Shown: in pieces, positions 1-12,000 of the stretch
Layout of the letters: each line of letters opens with the position of its first letter
Position numbering within the stretch: the first letter of the stretch is position 1
Assembly (NCBI RefSeq): GCF_009834535.1
Contig: NC_045697.1
Coordinates: 54,500,001 to 54,564,000, forward strand
Length of the DNA: 64,000 bases
Direction of reading: 5' to 3'
DNA from: Camelus ferus
Taxonomy: Eukaryota
Translations under genes and position numbers: made by a program
Notes under the pieces: generated by a model
Databases searched by the model: none
Seen by the model: only the letters and a program-made list of their open reading frames with translations
What the model was told of the DNA's origin: nothing

Positions 1-832
1 TCCCACTGAAGCTTTAGGGTCTGGCACTTCTAGTTAGGAGATGCCACAGCCAAAAATATAATCTGCACGTTCTGGCAAATATATATTACTGCTTCCTTGG
101 CTCCTTAATATTTCTCAAATACTTATAATAATATTTAATATGTAAAAATATGACTTGAAAGTTTCTTGGCTTGAGAATATTGACTTCACTGCCCTCATGA
201 AATATCTGATAAGTAATTTCTTAAAGATAAATTACTTGTATGTGCTGTCCTAAGCATGCAGCTATATGAAGGAAGACATTCTTTGGAAAAGAACTTCTTG
301 TCCGCAATCAATAAATATTTAAAAGATGCCCATATTATGTATTTTATGGATTTCTTCAATTTCCCTGGAGACAGAAAAGAGCTCTGCACTAGCTAGAGCT
401 ATGTAATTTGTTTTGATGTTGATTTGTCAGAATCACAAACTGTTGATTAACATTAACTTATTTTAGTGTGAAATTTTAACAGAATTGTATGAACTCAGAT
501 CTTGGAAGCTATTCAGTAAGTATTTTTAACACTCACTGTGAACAAGTTTATTTTAGATATTTTTAGGTTCTCTCAGTGATCAAGAGAAAGATATCTGTTC
601 TTAGAGTTTATACGTCAGTGTGAGGAGATAGATTATAAAACAGATATATAAATAATGTAGCATTACTTACCAGTGGAAGGTATAAAATACATTAGTCCAT
701 AATGATTAATAATCTGATTAAACTGGATAGAATGTTTCTCTTTGTTACTTATTTGATAAAACAAATAGGATAATCAAACTTAGGTGTAGGATGTGATGAC
801 ATTAACGAATATATATATACATATATTAAAAG

Positions 833-950
833 GTTGTTCAAACAGATGAAACTGCAAGGAAACCAGACCATGTTCCTATTAGCAGTGAAGATGAGAGGAA
901 TGCTGTTTTCCAACTAGAAAAGGCTATTTCATCTAATGAAGCTACCGCAA
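833..950 (+). CDS. UBA6: UBA6 internal coding exon (6th from last; gene begins upstream of window)
   Basis: AG at 831-832, GTAAGG at 951; 118 nt; translates VVQTDETARKPDHVPISSEDERNAVFQLEKAISSNEATA, matching the recalled UBA6 sequence; phase fits next exon. Confidence 0.93.
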
Positions 951-2111
951 GTAAGGGAAAATCTTTATTGAAAATGTTTTGAACTGGAGAGATTTTTATT
1001 TTCGCTAACCTCTATACTCAAAAAGTTGTGGGATTAAATAATAATAACAATAATACTATTACTTATTTCATATTCCTATGAAAGTCACTCTTCATCTTTA
1101 ACCGTGACTAAATTCATCATTTTCTCTACCATTTGCCCTACCCTCAAAGCCTGAAATGTAAGTTTGCTTTGTTGTTGTTCTGATTGTTTTAGTCTTTGAA
1201 ATTCTACTGTGTGATTCCTTCTTAACTTTTGGCTAGCATAATGAAGAAAAATGGAGTCTTTGTAGACATTAACCCTGGGTCCCAGTCACTTTAGGATAAA
1301 AAACCATAGACATTTCTTCTTGGCTTCTTAGTCTCCAAAATTGCACTCAGGAAATATAAACTGACCTATGTACATCGTTGCTAAATAGTCTTAAATATAG
1401 GGAAACTGAACTTTTAATTCCTTAAAAACATTATTTTAGCTCTATATTATTTCATGTTTTTAGACCTGCTCATCATCTTTTAACTACATAAATCAGCAGT
1501 TTCCAAACTTTGGGGATTTTATGCAAAGACCAGTAAAATTCAGGGGACAAAAAAATAGATTAGCCAACTGTTTATTTTGCAAATAAAAGATTGTTATCCT
1601 AATTTAATAATTATAATTCTAGAAAAAACTTGCTGTCATATCTTACTTTTTCATTTCATCACATATCAAACTACACCTATCCGCAGAATGATACGGGGAA
1701 CCACTAATCTAGAAATGTGTCAAAAAGATACTCATTTTTATTTGATCAGCTGACCCTGTTCTTAGTTATCAGAGTGTTTCAGAGTAGTATTTATGGAATC
1801 AAGTTTTGAACAGTACCCAATGTTGACTTTTTTTTATTGTAAACCGCTTAATAGCAGTTATACATGGCTTTCTTATTTTTCCATTTTTTAGAAAGTTTTT
1901 TTAATATAGAAACTTCTCTAATTTAGTGGTGTTAAAGCCATCATTTTCATGTCCTTCAAAAACTTCAGTTCCTTGAATTTTTTTGTTGTTCAGTCATTTA
2001 AAAACCTAAACAAAAAGGACTCTTTAACAGTAGTGAACCCACATTGCTTTTTACCTAGTAAAGCCCTTACCACTTACTAGGAAACTTTGTTTTTCTGGTT
2101 GTTACCGTCAG

Positions 2112-2305
2112 ATGACCTTCAGATGGCAGTGCTTTCATTTGAAAAAGATGATGATCGTAATGGACACATAGATTTCATCACAGCTGCATCAAATCTTCGT
2201 GCCAAAATGTATAGCATTGAACCAGCTGACCGTTTCAAAACAAAGCGCATAGCAGGTAGAATTATACCTGCTATAGCAACATCCACTGCTGCAGTTTCTG
2301 GCTTG
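2112..2305 (+). CDS. UBA6: UBA6 coding exon (E1 adenylation-domain segment)
   Basis: CAG acceptor, GTGAG donor at 2306; 194 nt; (N)[64 protein letters not shown], with the typical E1 motifs FEKDDD and IIPAIAT. Confidence 0.97.
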
Positions 2306-3012
2306 GTGAGATTATTATTCTTTGAAAATGCTTCTTTTTCATCATTTCTTTCCTTTCTTCCCCATTATATCACTCGCAACCAGTCACTCAGATCTTAGAG
2401 AAGGCAGAATACATATTGATCTTATAATTTAAATTTGTAAGGTATTTCTGAAAATACAGTAATCTGTACTTTGAGCTTTTAAGATAATACAAACATTTTA
2501 ACATAAAAAAAACAAGCTCTGTCAAGATAGAATATAATTTTTCTTACAGACAGTGATCATCTTCATCATCTTTGTATCTTCCATACAAACCAAGTGCTCT
2601 TGTTTTTCTTGAATAAAATGAACTACCATAATCTTTGCTATTTGATTATATTGGATTTTACTTCTTTGCCTTAAAATAAATGTAATTCCTGTTAGTGATT
2701 TGGATTTCTTTCAATTTAGTTTTTTCTTAATGATTTAGAATCTTTAGAATAGCCCTAGTTATTTTACTGTACCATGGTGTTATTCTTAAAAGCTATGTAA
2801 TTATTTTTCCTATTAAATGATTTTGGACTGCTATATTTCTTGAGCTCTGCTGTTTGCTTTCAAAGTAGGAAGATTACATGGTCTAATTAATTTTTTTGAT
2901 AACTTTGTTTAACATGTGCAGAACAGGTTGAAAGTTTGAAAGTGTGAAATAGGCTAAGTGGAGAGACTTAAAAGAAATTTATATTACTCTAGTCCAAAAG
3001 CTGCTTTTATTC

Positions 3013-3054
3013 CTTTTTTTAATTTTAATTTTTTTATTGAAGTATAGTTGATTT
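3013..3054 (-). mobile_element. Ultra-short L1 3' tail insertion with 11-bp TSD
   Basis: T-rich tail plus TTTTATTGAAGTATAGTTGATT (antisense L1 3' terminus) between two TGCTTTTATTC copies at 3002-3012 and 3055-3065. Confidence 0.7.
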
Positions 3055-3172
3055 TGCTTTTATTCTTCACACAGAAATGCTTGAAAAGAATTCAAGAAAA
3101 TTCTATAGATGCAGTTAAATTCATGAATAGTGTTGGGCTGTTTATATAATCAGATCACCTTGTTTTACCTAG

Positions 3173-3300
3173 GTTGCACTGGAAATGATCAAAGTAGCTG
3201 GTGACTACCCTTTTGAAGCTTACAAAAATTGTTTCCTTAACTTAGCCATTCCAATTATAGTGTTTACAGAGACATCTGAAGTAAGAAAAACTGAAATCAG
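3173..3300 (+). CDS. UBA6: UBA6 coding exon
   Basis: TAG acceptor, GTATGT donor; 128 nt; VALEMIKVAGDYPFEAYKNCFLNLAIPIIVFTETSEVRKTEI(R). Confidence 0.96.
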
Positions 3301-3466
3301 GTATGTATGAAGGTCTTTTGCTTTTGCATAATGAGAATGACATACCTTTTTTTTACATTTTAAAAGAGAAAAGTAATAGTTTCATCTCTCCTTTTCTTCT
3401 GTATATATAACACTTTCCAGTACTTCAGGACAATGCTACCTCTTCATGTAGCATTTCTCTCTTCTC

Positions 3467-4905
3467 TTTTTTTTTAACTGAAGTATAATTGACATTCAAC
3501 GTTAAATTAGTTTCTAGTGTACAATATAACGATTCAACACCTGTATATGTTGGGAAATGATCACCACAGTAAGTCCAGTCACCATCCATTGTTACACATA
3601 GTTGCAGAATTTTTTTTTCTTCTGAAGAGAACTTTTAAGATTTACTCTCTAAGCAACTCTCAAATATGCAATACATATTATTAAGTATAGTCACTATGCT
3701 GTGCATTACATGCGCATGACTTACTCATTTTACAACTGGAAGCTTGTACCTTTTGATTCTCTTCACTTACTGTGCCCACACGCCTACCCCGTTTCTGGCA
3801 CTTTCAGTGTTCTCTTTATCTATGAGCTTGAGGGTTTTTTAGTTTTTGTTTGGTCAGTTGGTTGGGTGTTTTGTTTGTTTCTCTTTGATTCCACGTGTAC
3901 ATGAGATCATAAAGTATCTGTCTTTCTCTGTATGACATATTTTACTTAGCATAATGTCCTCAAAGTCCATCCACGTTGTTGTAAATAGCAGGATTTCATT
4001 CTTATGGCTGAATAATACTCCATTGATATAATACCACATTTTCTTTATCCATTTATCCACCTGTGGACACAGATTGTTTCCGTATGTTAGCCATTGTAAA
4101 TAATGCTGCAGTGAACATGGAGATACAGATCTTTTCAAGTTAATTTTTTCATTTTCTTTATATAAGTACCTAGGAGTAGAATTGCTAGATCATATGGTAG
4201 TTCTATTTTTAAGTTTTTAAGGAAGTTAACATATTGCTTTGCATAGTTGCTGTATCATTTTATATTCCCACCAAGAATGTACAAAGGTTCCAGTTTCTTC
4301 ACATCCTTGCCAACACTTGTTATCTTTTGTTTTTTGATGATAGCCACCCTAACAGGTGCGAGGTGTTATCTCATTGTGGCCATTGATTTGTATTCCTCTG
4401 ATGATTAGTGATATTGAGCATCTTTTCGCATACTTGATATGGAACATGTTTTCACATGCCATCCATATGTCTTTGGAAAAATGTCTGTTCTGATCCTTTG
4501 CCCATTTTGTTATCGGATTGTTTTTTGTTTTTTGTTCTTTTTACTATTGTGTTGTATGAGTTCTTTATATTTATTTTGGATATTAACCCCTTATCAGAGA
4601 TATGATTTGCAAATATTTTCTCCCAGTTGGTAGGTTGCCTTTTCATTTTGTTGATGTTTTCTTTGCTGTGCAGAAGATTTTCAGTTTGATGTAGTGTCAC
4701 TTGTTTTTTGTTGTTGTTGTTGTTGTTTTTTACTTTTGATGTGAAATCCAAAAAATGAATCACCAAGACTAGTGTCAGGGAGCTTACCACCTAAGTTTTC
4801 TTCCGTAAGTTTTATGGTTTCAGATCTTACATTCAAGTCTTTAATCCATTTTGAGGTAATTTTTGTGCATGGTGTAAAAGTCCAGTTTCATTCTTTTGCA
4901 TGTGA
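3467..4905 (-). mobile_element. 5'-truncated L1 (3' UTR plus degraded ORF2 C-terminus)
   Basis: Poly-T start; minus-strand ORF remnants KRQPTNWEKIFANHISDKGLISKI and WIKKMWY are typical of L1 ORF2. Confidence 0.9.
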
Positions 4906-5089
4906 CTTGAAGCATTGCTGACTAAACTGCCATAGAACTCTCACACTTAATCTGTCACACTGTTTAGCATTGTACTTTCTTATGGTTTCATCTATGTCTA
5001 TCTACATCAGATGAATTAAAAGACACTCCAGTGTCTGACTAATGGGTAATGAGATTAAAAATCTAATTCCAAAAGCTATATGACAAAGC

Positions 5090-5530
5090 AAAACAATTCC
5101 CCTGGACTTCCATTTTTCACTTTTTAAATTGGTAACAATCAGAAATTTGAAAACTGCTATCTTGGCAAGAATGTAAGAAAGCACTCTCATACATCACTGG
5201 TGAGTGTATAAAATAATATAACCCATAATAAGGCAAATATAGCACTATATTTCAAATTTACAGATACATTTACACTCAGCTCAAATTATTTATGTACAGG
5301 ATATTTATTCTGGCATTATTTATCACTGCCAAAGATTGGAACAATCCAGGTGTTCATTAATAGGAGACTGGAACATCCACACAGTGAAACCCATGCAGCT
5401 ATTTTAAGAGAGAGAGACAGAACTCTCTTGCTAAGGCATACTTTATAATGAGACACTGGGAGGATCAACAGGGTACTGATAAAAGTGGTTACCTGTATGG
5501 TGTGATGGGGAAATAAGATAATGGAATATT
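5090..5530 (+). mobile_element. Old L1M 3' fragment
   Basis: Degenerate L1 motifs CACTCTCATACATCACTGGTGAGTGTATAAA and CCAAAGATTGGAACAATCC. Confidence 0.55.
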
Positions 5531-5666
5531 TTTAAAGTTATATTTTTCTTTTTTCTCCCACATTAGTGTCTAACTAAATCACAAATAATGGACTTCTGGG
5601 GTTTTATGTTATTACTAAAGGGAAGAAAATATAAATGTTTTTGTTCTGAATATTTTTCTATAACAG

Positions 5667-5754
5667 AAATGGAATATCATTTACAATTTGGGACAGATGG
5701 ACTATACATGGCAAAGAAGATTTCACCCTCTTGGATTTCATAAACGCAGTCAAA
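5667..5754 (+). CDS. UBA6: UBA6 coding exon (start of ubiquitin-fold domain)
   Basis: CAG acceptor, GTGAG donor; 88 nt; NGISFTIWDRWTIHGKEDFTLLDFINAVK. Confidence 0.96.
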
Positions 5755-5944
5755 GTGAGACAATTATTCATTATAGTCGCTTTGAGTCTGTTAGTTTTTA
5801 TGCATAATTTCATTAACAGTTTTTATAAATATTATATAGCAGGAGTTTGTTTGCTCTCTTTCTGCTGGTTGTAAAACATTGTCACCCAGCATTTTATATT
5901 TGGATGAGGCTTTGATCATTTCTCTTTTGGGTATGCACTTTTAG

Positions 5945-6039
5945 GAGAAGTACGGAATTGAGCCAACGATGGTGGTACAGGGAGTCAAAATGCTCTATGT
6001 TCCTGTAATGCCTGGCCATGCAAAAAGATTGAAGTTAAC
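5945..6039 (+). CDS. UBA6: UBA6 penultimate coding exon
   Basis: TTTTAG acceptor, GTAAGT donor; 95 nt; EKYGIEPTMVVQGVKMLYVPVMPGHAKRLKL(T). Confidence 0.96.
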
Positions 6040-6399
6040 GTAAGTGTCGAACATTATATGCAGGAGATTCTCAAGAACTGAAACATAAGCTGAATGTACA
6101 CTAGAGAATTAAATATAGAGGTTAATGAAGTTCAGATACAATATGTGATTTACTCCTACCTAATGGCAGTAGTAAAGACATGAATCTACCAAGCTCCACA
6201 GACTACCTATCAAGCGAGATTTATAGCATTACAGTGCTCTTGTGAATTTATTGTAGTTCAGAGTCAGCTTTTAAGCTAATAGGCTTAGAAACCTGATTTG
6301 GTCAATAGACCAAGTAAAAGTAAATCCACCTCTTATATGGAAACACACACAAAGACTAGGCTTATGAGGCTGAAGTGTTTTTAAAAATGCCAAATTATT

Positions 6400-7175
6400 A
6401 TTTTCATTCATTTATTCAGGTTTTTTTTTAAGAATGGCTGCTATATGCCAGGTGCTTTTGTAAGCATTAGGGATACAGCAATGAGCAAAGCAAAGTTCCT
6501 GCCCTCCCTGAAGAGTTTGCACAACCATTAGATATGTATGTCAGATGGTGGTAAGTGCTATGGAGAAATAAAGCAGAATAGGAGGTGTTAAGTTGGTACA
6601 GTATATTGAGTAGTCAGGTATTCCCTCTGCCTGTCATATTTTCACCAGATAAGCTGGCATTTGAGCAGAGACCCAAAAGAAGAGAGGGAACAAAAACAGC
6701 CAGTCTGTGCAGTGGTCTGCAAGCCCCTAAGTGATCTGGTTCCCACTTACCTCTCTAAGTTCCTTTCATACTTCTGTCCCCTTGTCTACAAGATTCTATT
6801 TCTTTCCCTTGAACATTCCAGTCTTCAGCATGAGACTTTTGCTCTAGTTGTTCCTTCTGTTTGCAACTCTTTCTGAGATGGCCATCTAACTTTCATCTCT
6901 GGTCTCTGGACTTCCTGAAGAGGCCTCTCTGAACCCTACTTAATATTAGCCTAGCATACCTAATCTAGCCCTTTTCTCTGCTCTACTTTTTCTCTCTTTC
7001 ATAGCATTTATCACTGTCTTATTGCTATTATATTACTTACTATCTGTCTCCCCCCCACTAGAACTTAAGCTTCATTCACAAGGGCAGGAATCTATATTTG
7101 ATCTGGACATTGATGTGTCTCAAGCACCTAGACCAATGCCTGGCACATAATAGGCATGAGTAAATATTTGTTGTT
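6400..7175. mobile_element. L2 fragments in both orientations
   Basis: L2 3' motifs TTCATTCATT...TATATGCCAGGTGCT and GCCTGGCACATAATAGGCATGAGTAAATATTTGTTG. Confidence 0.65.
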
Positions 7176-7729
7176 CATTTTGCAGTATATACAAATATCA
7201 AATCATCACCTTGCACACCTGAAACTAATATAATGTTATGTCAATTACACCTTAATAAGAAATTCTAAAACTTTTTACATGAAATTAGCATATAAAAATA
7301 TTTGTCACAAATAAATGACCCTCTGCATGATGAGTGTCTCAACATGCTTGTCAGTTTAACTGATTATTAATAAGGTTAATAACATTTTAATTATTATAAT
7401 CTGGGTTTAATTATCTATTTTTAAATAAAATTACTATTATATTATTTATGACATTAATTTGCCTTCTTGTTTTTCATTTAGATCCCTAAGTATCTTTTGG
7501 ATAAACTGATAGTAGTATTTATTGTTTACTACCTAGATGAGAGTGGAATGTGTGGTCCTGAAGTGTATTGATTAATGGAATTTAAATTTTACTGCAGATA
7601 ATTCACAAAAAAGCTTTATAGAGTTGGCCAATATTTGAAACCTCCAGCATGATATGTTTTGAGAATGATACTTCTCATTTTATTACATTATGCATTTAGC
7701 AAATACTTACTGAGTACCTGTAAGTGGCT

Positions 7730-7935
7730 AGACAAACTTGACTTCAGAAAGACCTGGGTTCCCATCCTTGTGTAGCTCCTTAATTGTTTTGTCACATTAA
7801 ATAGCTTACTGAACTTTTCAAACTTAGTTTTCTGTCCACATATAGGGATGATTGTGCCCAAGGCTATTGAGCATTAAAATAATAGTGAGGGCTAGCAGTG
7901 TTACAGCAAGTAAGAAGTATCCCATAAATGTTACT
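7730..7935 (+). mobile_element. MIR
   Basis: AGAAAGACCTGGGTTC...TTACTGAAC...TAGTTTTCT core-like sequence. Confidence 0.55.
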
Positions 7936-8710
7936 TCTGTGAATATTTTTTCATCTGCATTTTATCAAATAGCCCTTGCCCTCAAGGAGTTTATAGTCTA
8001 CTAAAGAAAAGTGACATGTTAGTAATTAAAATGTAACTGAATAATTATTATAATAAAGTTTTTTACAGAACACTATGGGCACTAGTGTATCAAACTTCAG
8101 CTTAGGGTAAATTTCATTTGAGCTATCTTTGGAAAAGGATTACATCAGGCAAAAGCAATAGTTTGTTCAAAATTATGCAGCTAATAAAGAGTGTACATAA
8201 TCTATTTGGGAAATAAAGTTATCTGGAATGACTTAAGGATGAGATGGTAAGAATGAATTGTGGGAAGAATGAAAATTTGTAGATGGGGCAAAATATCTTT
8301 GTAAAATGAAAATACCTGTTATTGAGGACTAAATACAGTACATAGTTCAGAGCCTAGCATGAGATAGATACATGATATATGATAGATAACATTGTTAGGC
8401 AGGAGAATAATGTCAGATTTGCATTTTAAGAAAATTCTGGCAGCAGAATATATTGGAGGTAGGAAAGAGACTGGAGGGAGCTGGCTAAAAGCTAATGCAA
8501 TAATCTGAGGGGTATATAGATGATGTCTTGGTTTATGATAATATCAGTGACAATAGCAAAAGTGAAGTTTTTTTTAGTAAGCAGGATATACATGGGATAT
8601 GAAGGAAAGGAAAAACTTAAGAATATCTTTTATGGTGATTTTTGTAGCTTGCACTTGAAGTAAATCTGGCTTGATTTTTACTCCCTAGGTAGAAATGCTT
8701 GAAAAGAATT

Positions 8711-8992
8711 TATGCTTCCAGACTCCTTGCAGGACATTTGGTTCTGTTCAAAACATCCATAAAATATTTTGGTCCACACCAAAAATTCCTTGAAATTGGA
8801 TCCCTGCCAAGTAGTTATAGACAATCCCAAACGTCAAGGACTTTTTAGTGTGGCCCAGATGTCTTACAATGTTTTAGACAGGACCAAATGATCCTGCAAA
8901 TATCAAGGAACTTTTGGGGTGTACCAAACATCTTATGAACCGTATGGATATTTTGGACAGGACCAGATGTCTGGTAACCCTCCAAACTTTAC
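8711..8992. mobile_element. hAT-type MITE (MER99-like) with internal inverted and direct ~65-bp subrepeats
   Basis: Ends in CTGGTAACCCT; degraded left TIR TATGCTTCCAGAC; three copies of a TCAAGGA...GGACCA(A/G)ATG unit, one inverted. Confidence 0.6.
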
Positions 8993-9327
8993 AGGGAGTT
9001 TAAAGAAGAGTTGTTGTTTTTTGTTTTTTGTTTTTTTAAAACACTGCTTACCTTTTGGGTTTCTTTGAGGGTGGTTTTTTTCTTTTAATAAATGGTCTGT
9101 ATTCTTTATCAATACCATCAATGGTAAAAATTGATTAACTGTTAGGTAAATGAGTGTCTTGGTTTTAGAGCTTTTAGTAAAGAAGACAGTTATATGAAAG
9201 CAGGTGAATTACTAGATTTAAAAATAAATTTAAACAAGCCCCGATTCTTTGGGTAACATTGATCAGCAAATCACTCTTTCATTTTACAGAATTTACCAAA
9301 TTATTTGTCCTTGCCTTTTTTTCTTAG

Positions 9328-9463
9328 AATGCATAAACTTGTGAAACCTTCTACTGAAAAGAAATACGTGGATCTTACTGTGTCATTTGCTCCAGATACT
9401 GATGGAGATGAAGATTTACCTGGACCTCCAGTAAGATACTACTTTAGTCATGACACTGACTGA
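9328..9463 (+). CDS. UBA6: UBA6 terminal coding exon
   Basis: Strong polypyrimidine tract plus TAG; MHKLVKPSTEKKYVDLTVSFAPDTDGDEDLPGPPVRYYFSHDTD then TGA at 9461-9463, matching the recalled UBA6 C-terminus. Confidence 0.97.
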
Positions 9464-12000
9464 CAGAACTTGTCTTAAATTTACTCTAGGACTACTTGAT
9501 TTTGGAAAGGAATGCATTCAATTCAGGAGCTAAAAAGATCAGCTCGTAATGCTATGGATTTCTGTTTGATGAAGCCTTAATTTACATCAGTGGAAAACTA
9601 CACTGAAGATTTATAAAGCATTTTGAAGCATAGTATATACTTGTGTAGTGCTTCATGTGTGGATGTGATGCGATCACAAGCAACTTTGAACTGGAATGCC
9701 ATTTTTTAATGCTTACAAAAAATTTGTGTATTAACCTCTCTGGATGAAAAGAAGGAAAAATGCATATCCAAGGCCAGAAGAGATAAAAAAATCAAGAAGT
9801 TGAAAGTGACAAGTGCAGCTATCCAAAAAGTTTCATCCTATTTTACGAATTTCTTTTTGTTTAGTATTTGAGGCCCATTTTTCTATACAAATAGCATTTG
9901 GCTTTATGCACCTCTCATGACTAGATTTTGGATTTAACACCAGTAGGAAGAGGAAGGATGATAACAGTGGTTGAAGAAAAGACATTTAAAATTGTACAGT
10001 TTACTGTCCTATTACCTCTGCTAGTTTAACCAGAGTTTGTTTTATCACTGTCCCCTCAAAAGCAGGATCTTTGTTAATAGCATCAGTGTTGTGAGTTATG
10101 AGCGTGTCCAGTGATAGGTGTTAAACTGGATGAATGTTAACAATATTATATGGACTCTGATGTCCTTCTTATAGAATCCGTGAATGTGAACAGATAAATA
10201 TGGCTAGTTATTTGATTCTTCAGTATGCCTTCTAATGTGGCTATTTTATTTATTTGAAACTCTAAACCTGATTGTCAGAGTATATAAGACTAAAAGTTTT
10301 TGTAGAGAGAGTGTCCTTAGAAATAGATGAAAAGTAGAAATTAAAAAATTATCACTAGTTGAGTCTTGATTTTTTTTTTCTTCCAACAACCTAATGGACA
10401 GAAAAAAACAATTTAATGTTTTATTTTAAAGGGAAATATATTATTTAATTCCACATTCCCAGAAAAGGAATTGACAAAGATAAAAATTTACATTTTTAGG
10501 TCTTTACTGATAGAAACTTTCTGTTTCTGATAAGAACTATTGCGAATGTTCATAGAAATAGTTTCATTAAAATGATGTAAACACTGAATTCGGTGAAAAC
10601 AGCAAATACTTCTATCATTTCCTAGGCTATTATGCATTCTTAAGCAATTTGCATTATTTTACACAGAATAAGTTATTTCTCTCTAGCTACTTTCCTTCTG
10701 CTCTCCCGTTCAGACCATAAATAGGTACTTTGATAAATTAAAAACTAGATTCAGGTCAGTATTACTCCAGTTTGGTGTCTTTTCATACTCTGTACTTAAC
10801 CTCCATTTTTTTCTACTTACAAGTAGTTTAAATTACTTAAGTCAGCCAGCTCTATTGTTTCATTCTTTTGTAAAAGTATCATCCAACTGGGAAAATATAT
10901 TTGGGAGTGGAGGGTGAATTTGTATGATTAAAGGATGATCTGTGCATTGGAGGTGAGGATAAGTGGACATGATGAGTTTAAAGGAAATGGCTACCTTTGA
11001 AATAAGCAGTTTAATTTTGATTCACCATATCCTACCCTCTCCCATCATTTATATTACAAGTATAATGTTTAAAATTAGTATGCTTACAGTTGAATCCAGG
11101 AATGTCAAAGCTCTATGGCTTGGAACGTCTCTAAGAAGCCAGTTTCCCACTTTCACTTGTTTTGTGCTCTATGACAGGAACTGGTATTTTCCCAGTAGTA
11201 TTCACTAATTCTCAGTTGTGATCTAATCACTTGTTTATATTTGGTCTAAATCTCCACATCTCTTCAGAATTAAATTTAGCACCATGCTATCAGTTCTTAT
11301 TTATAGAGATCAGTACTTTAGCAGATTCAAACAAAATTAACAAGGATTGAGTTCATTTTATGATTAAACTTGAAACCATTTTGTCTTTTTTTTTTCTGTA
11401 GGTAATGGTTATTGCCATTAATCTCTTCTATTTAATTCTACTCAGCTGGAAAGCCAGTGTGAATTTAATGACAGTTTTTTTCATTATCTGTTTTATTTCT
11501 GTACCATGAGATCACTGTTGGTGATTGAAATATCAGGTGCAAAAATTAGTGATTAGACTGTACAACTGAGTGATTTTTTACTTATTAAAAATGATTAAGT
11601 AATTTGACAGTATCTTTGTAAATCCTGTTCCATAGCTGACTCCAGAGATTCCAGTTTTACTCTTCATTTTATGAGTAGTGTTGCCTTAGTGTTTCCTAGT
11701 TTTCAAGGTTTGCAATCATGGAGATACAACATTCACTGGATATGGAGGGACATTACTTTGAAGTGCTTTTGGCTCCTGGAAATTCTGTTAAAACAGTTGA
11801 AGGGAATGGTGGTGACCTTGTAAAACCTAGAAAATCTGGTAAATCCTACACTGTTGATTGGGGATTTCTGAAGTCCATTCTTTTTTTAGAATTCAAAGCA
11901 TTATGTTGCTCATCTATAAGTTCCTCTAAATTGTCCCAAAGGTAGAACTTGGAAATAGATATGTATCTTTTTTTTTTTTTTTTTTTGGTAGATATGTATC
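9464..12000 (+). other. UBA6: UBA6 3' UTR (end approximate)
   Basis: Repeat-poor AT-rich unique sequence after the stop; variant ATTAAA signals present (e.g. 11584-11589); true 3' end cannot be determined from sequence. Confidence 0.5.

Noticed and set aside
2087..2398. 103-aa ORF as a stand-alone gene
   Set aside because: It is UBA6 exon 2112-2305 read through into the flanking introns
3701..4790. Cluster of short ORFs (similar clusters at 13014-13682, 22857-23859, 59903-60646 and 62657-63209)
   Set aside because: These are degraded L1 ORF2/3' UTR remnants or their antisense frames
8727..8970. CRISPR-like or satellite array
   Set aside because: Only three diverged units, one inverted, no unique spacers, and a mammalian context; it fits a MITE
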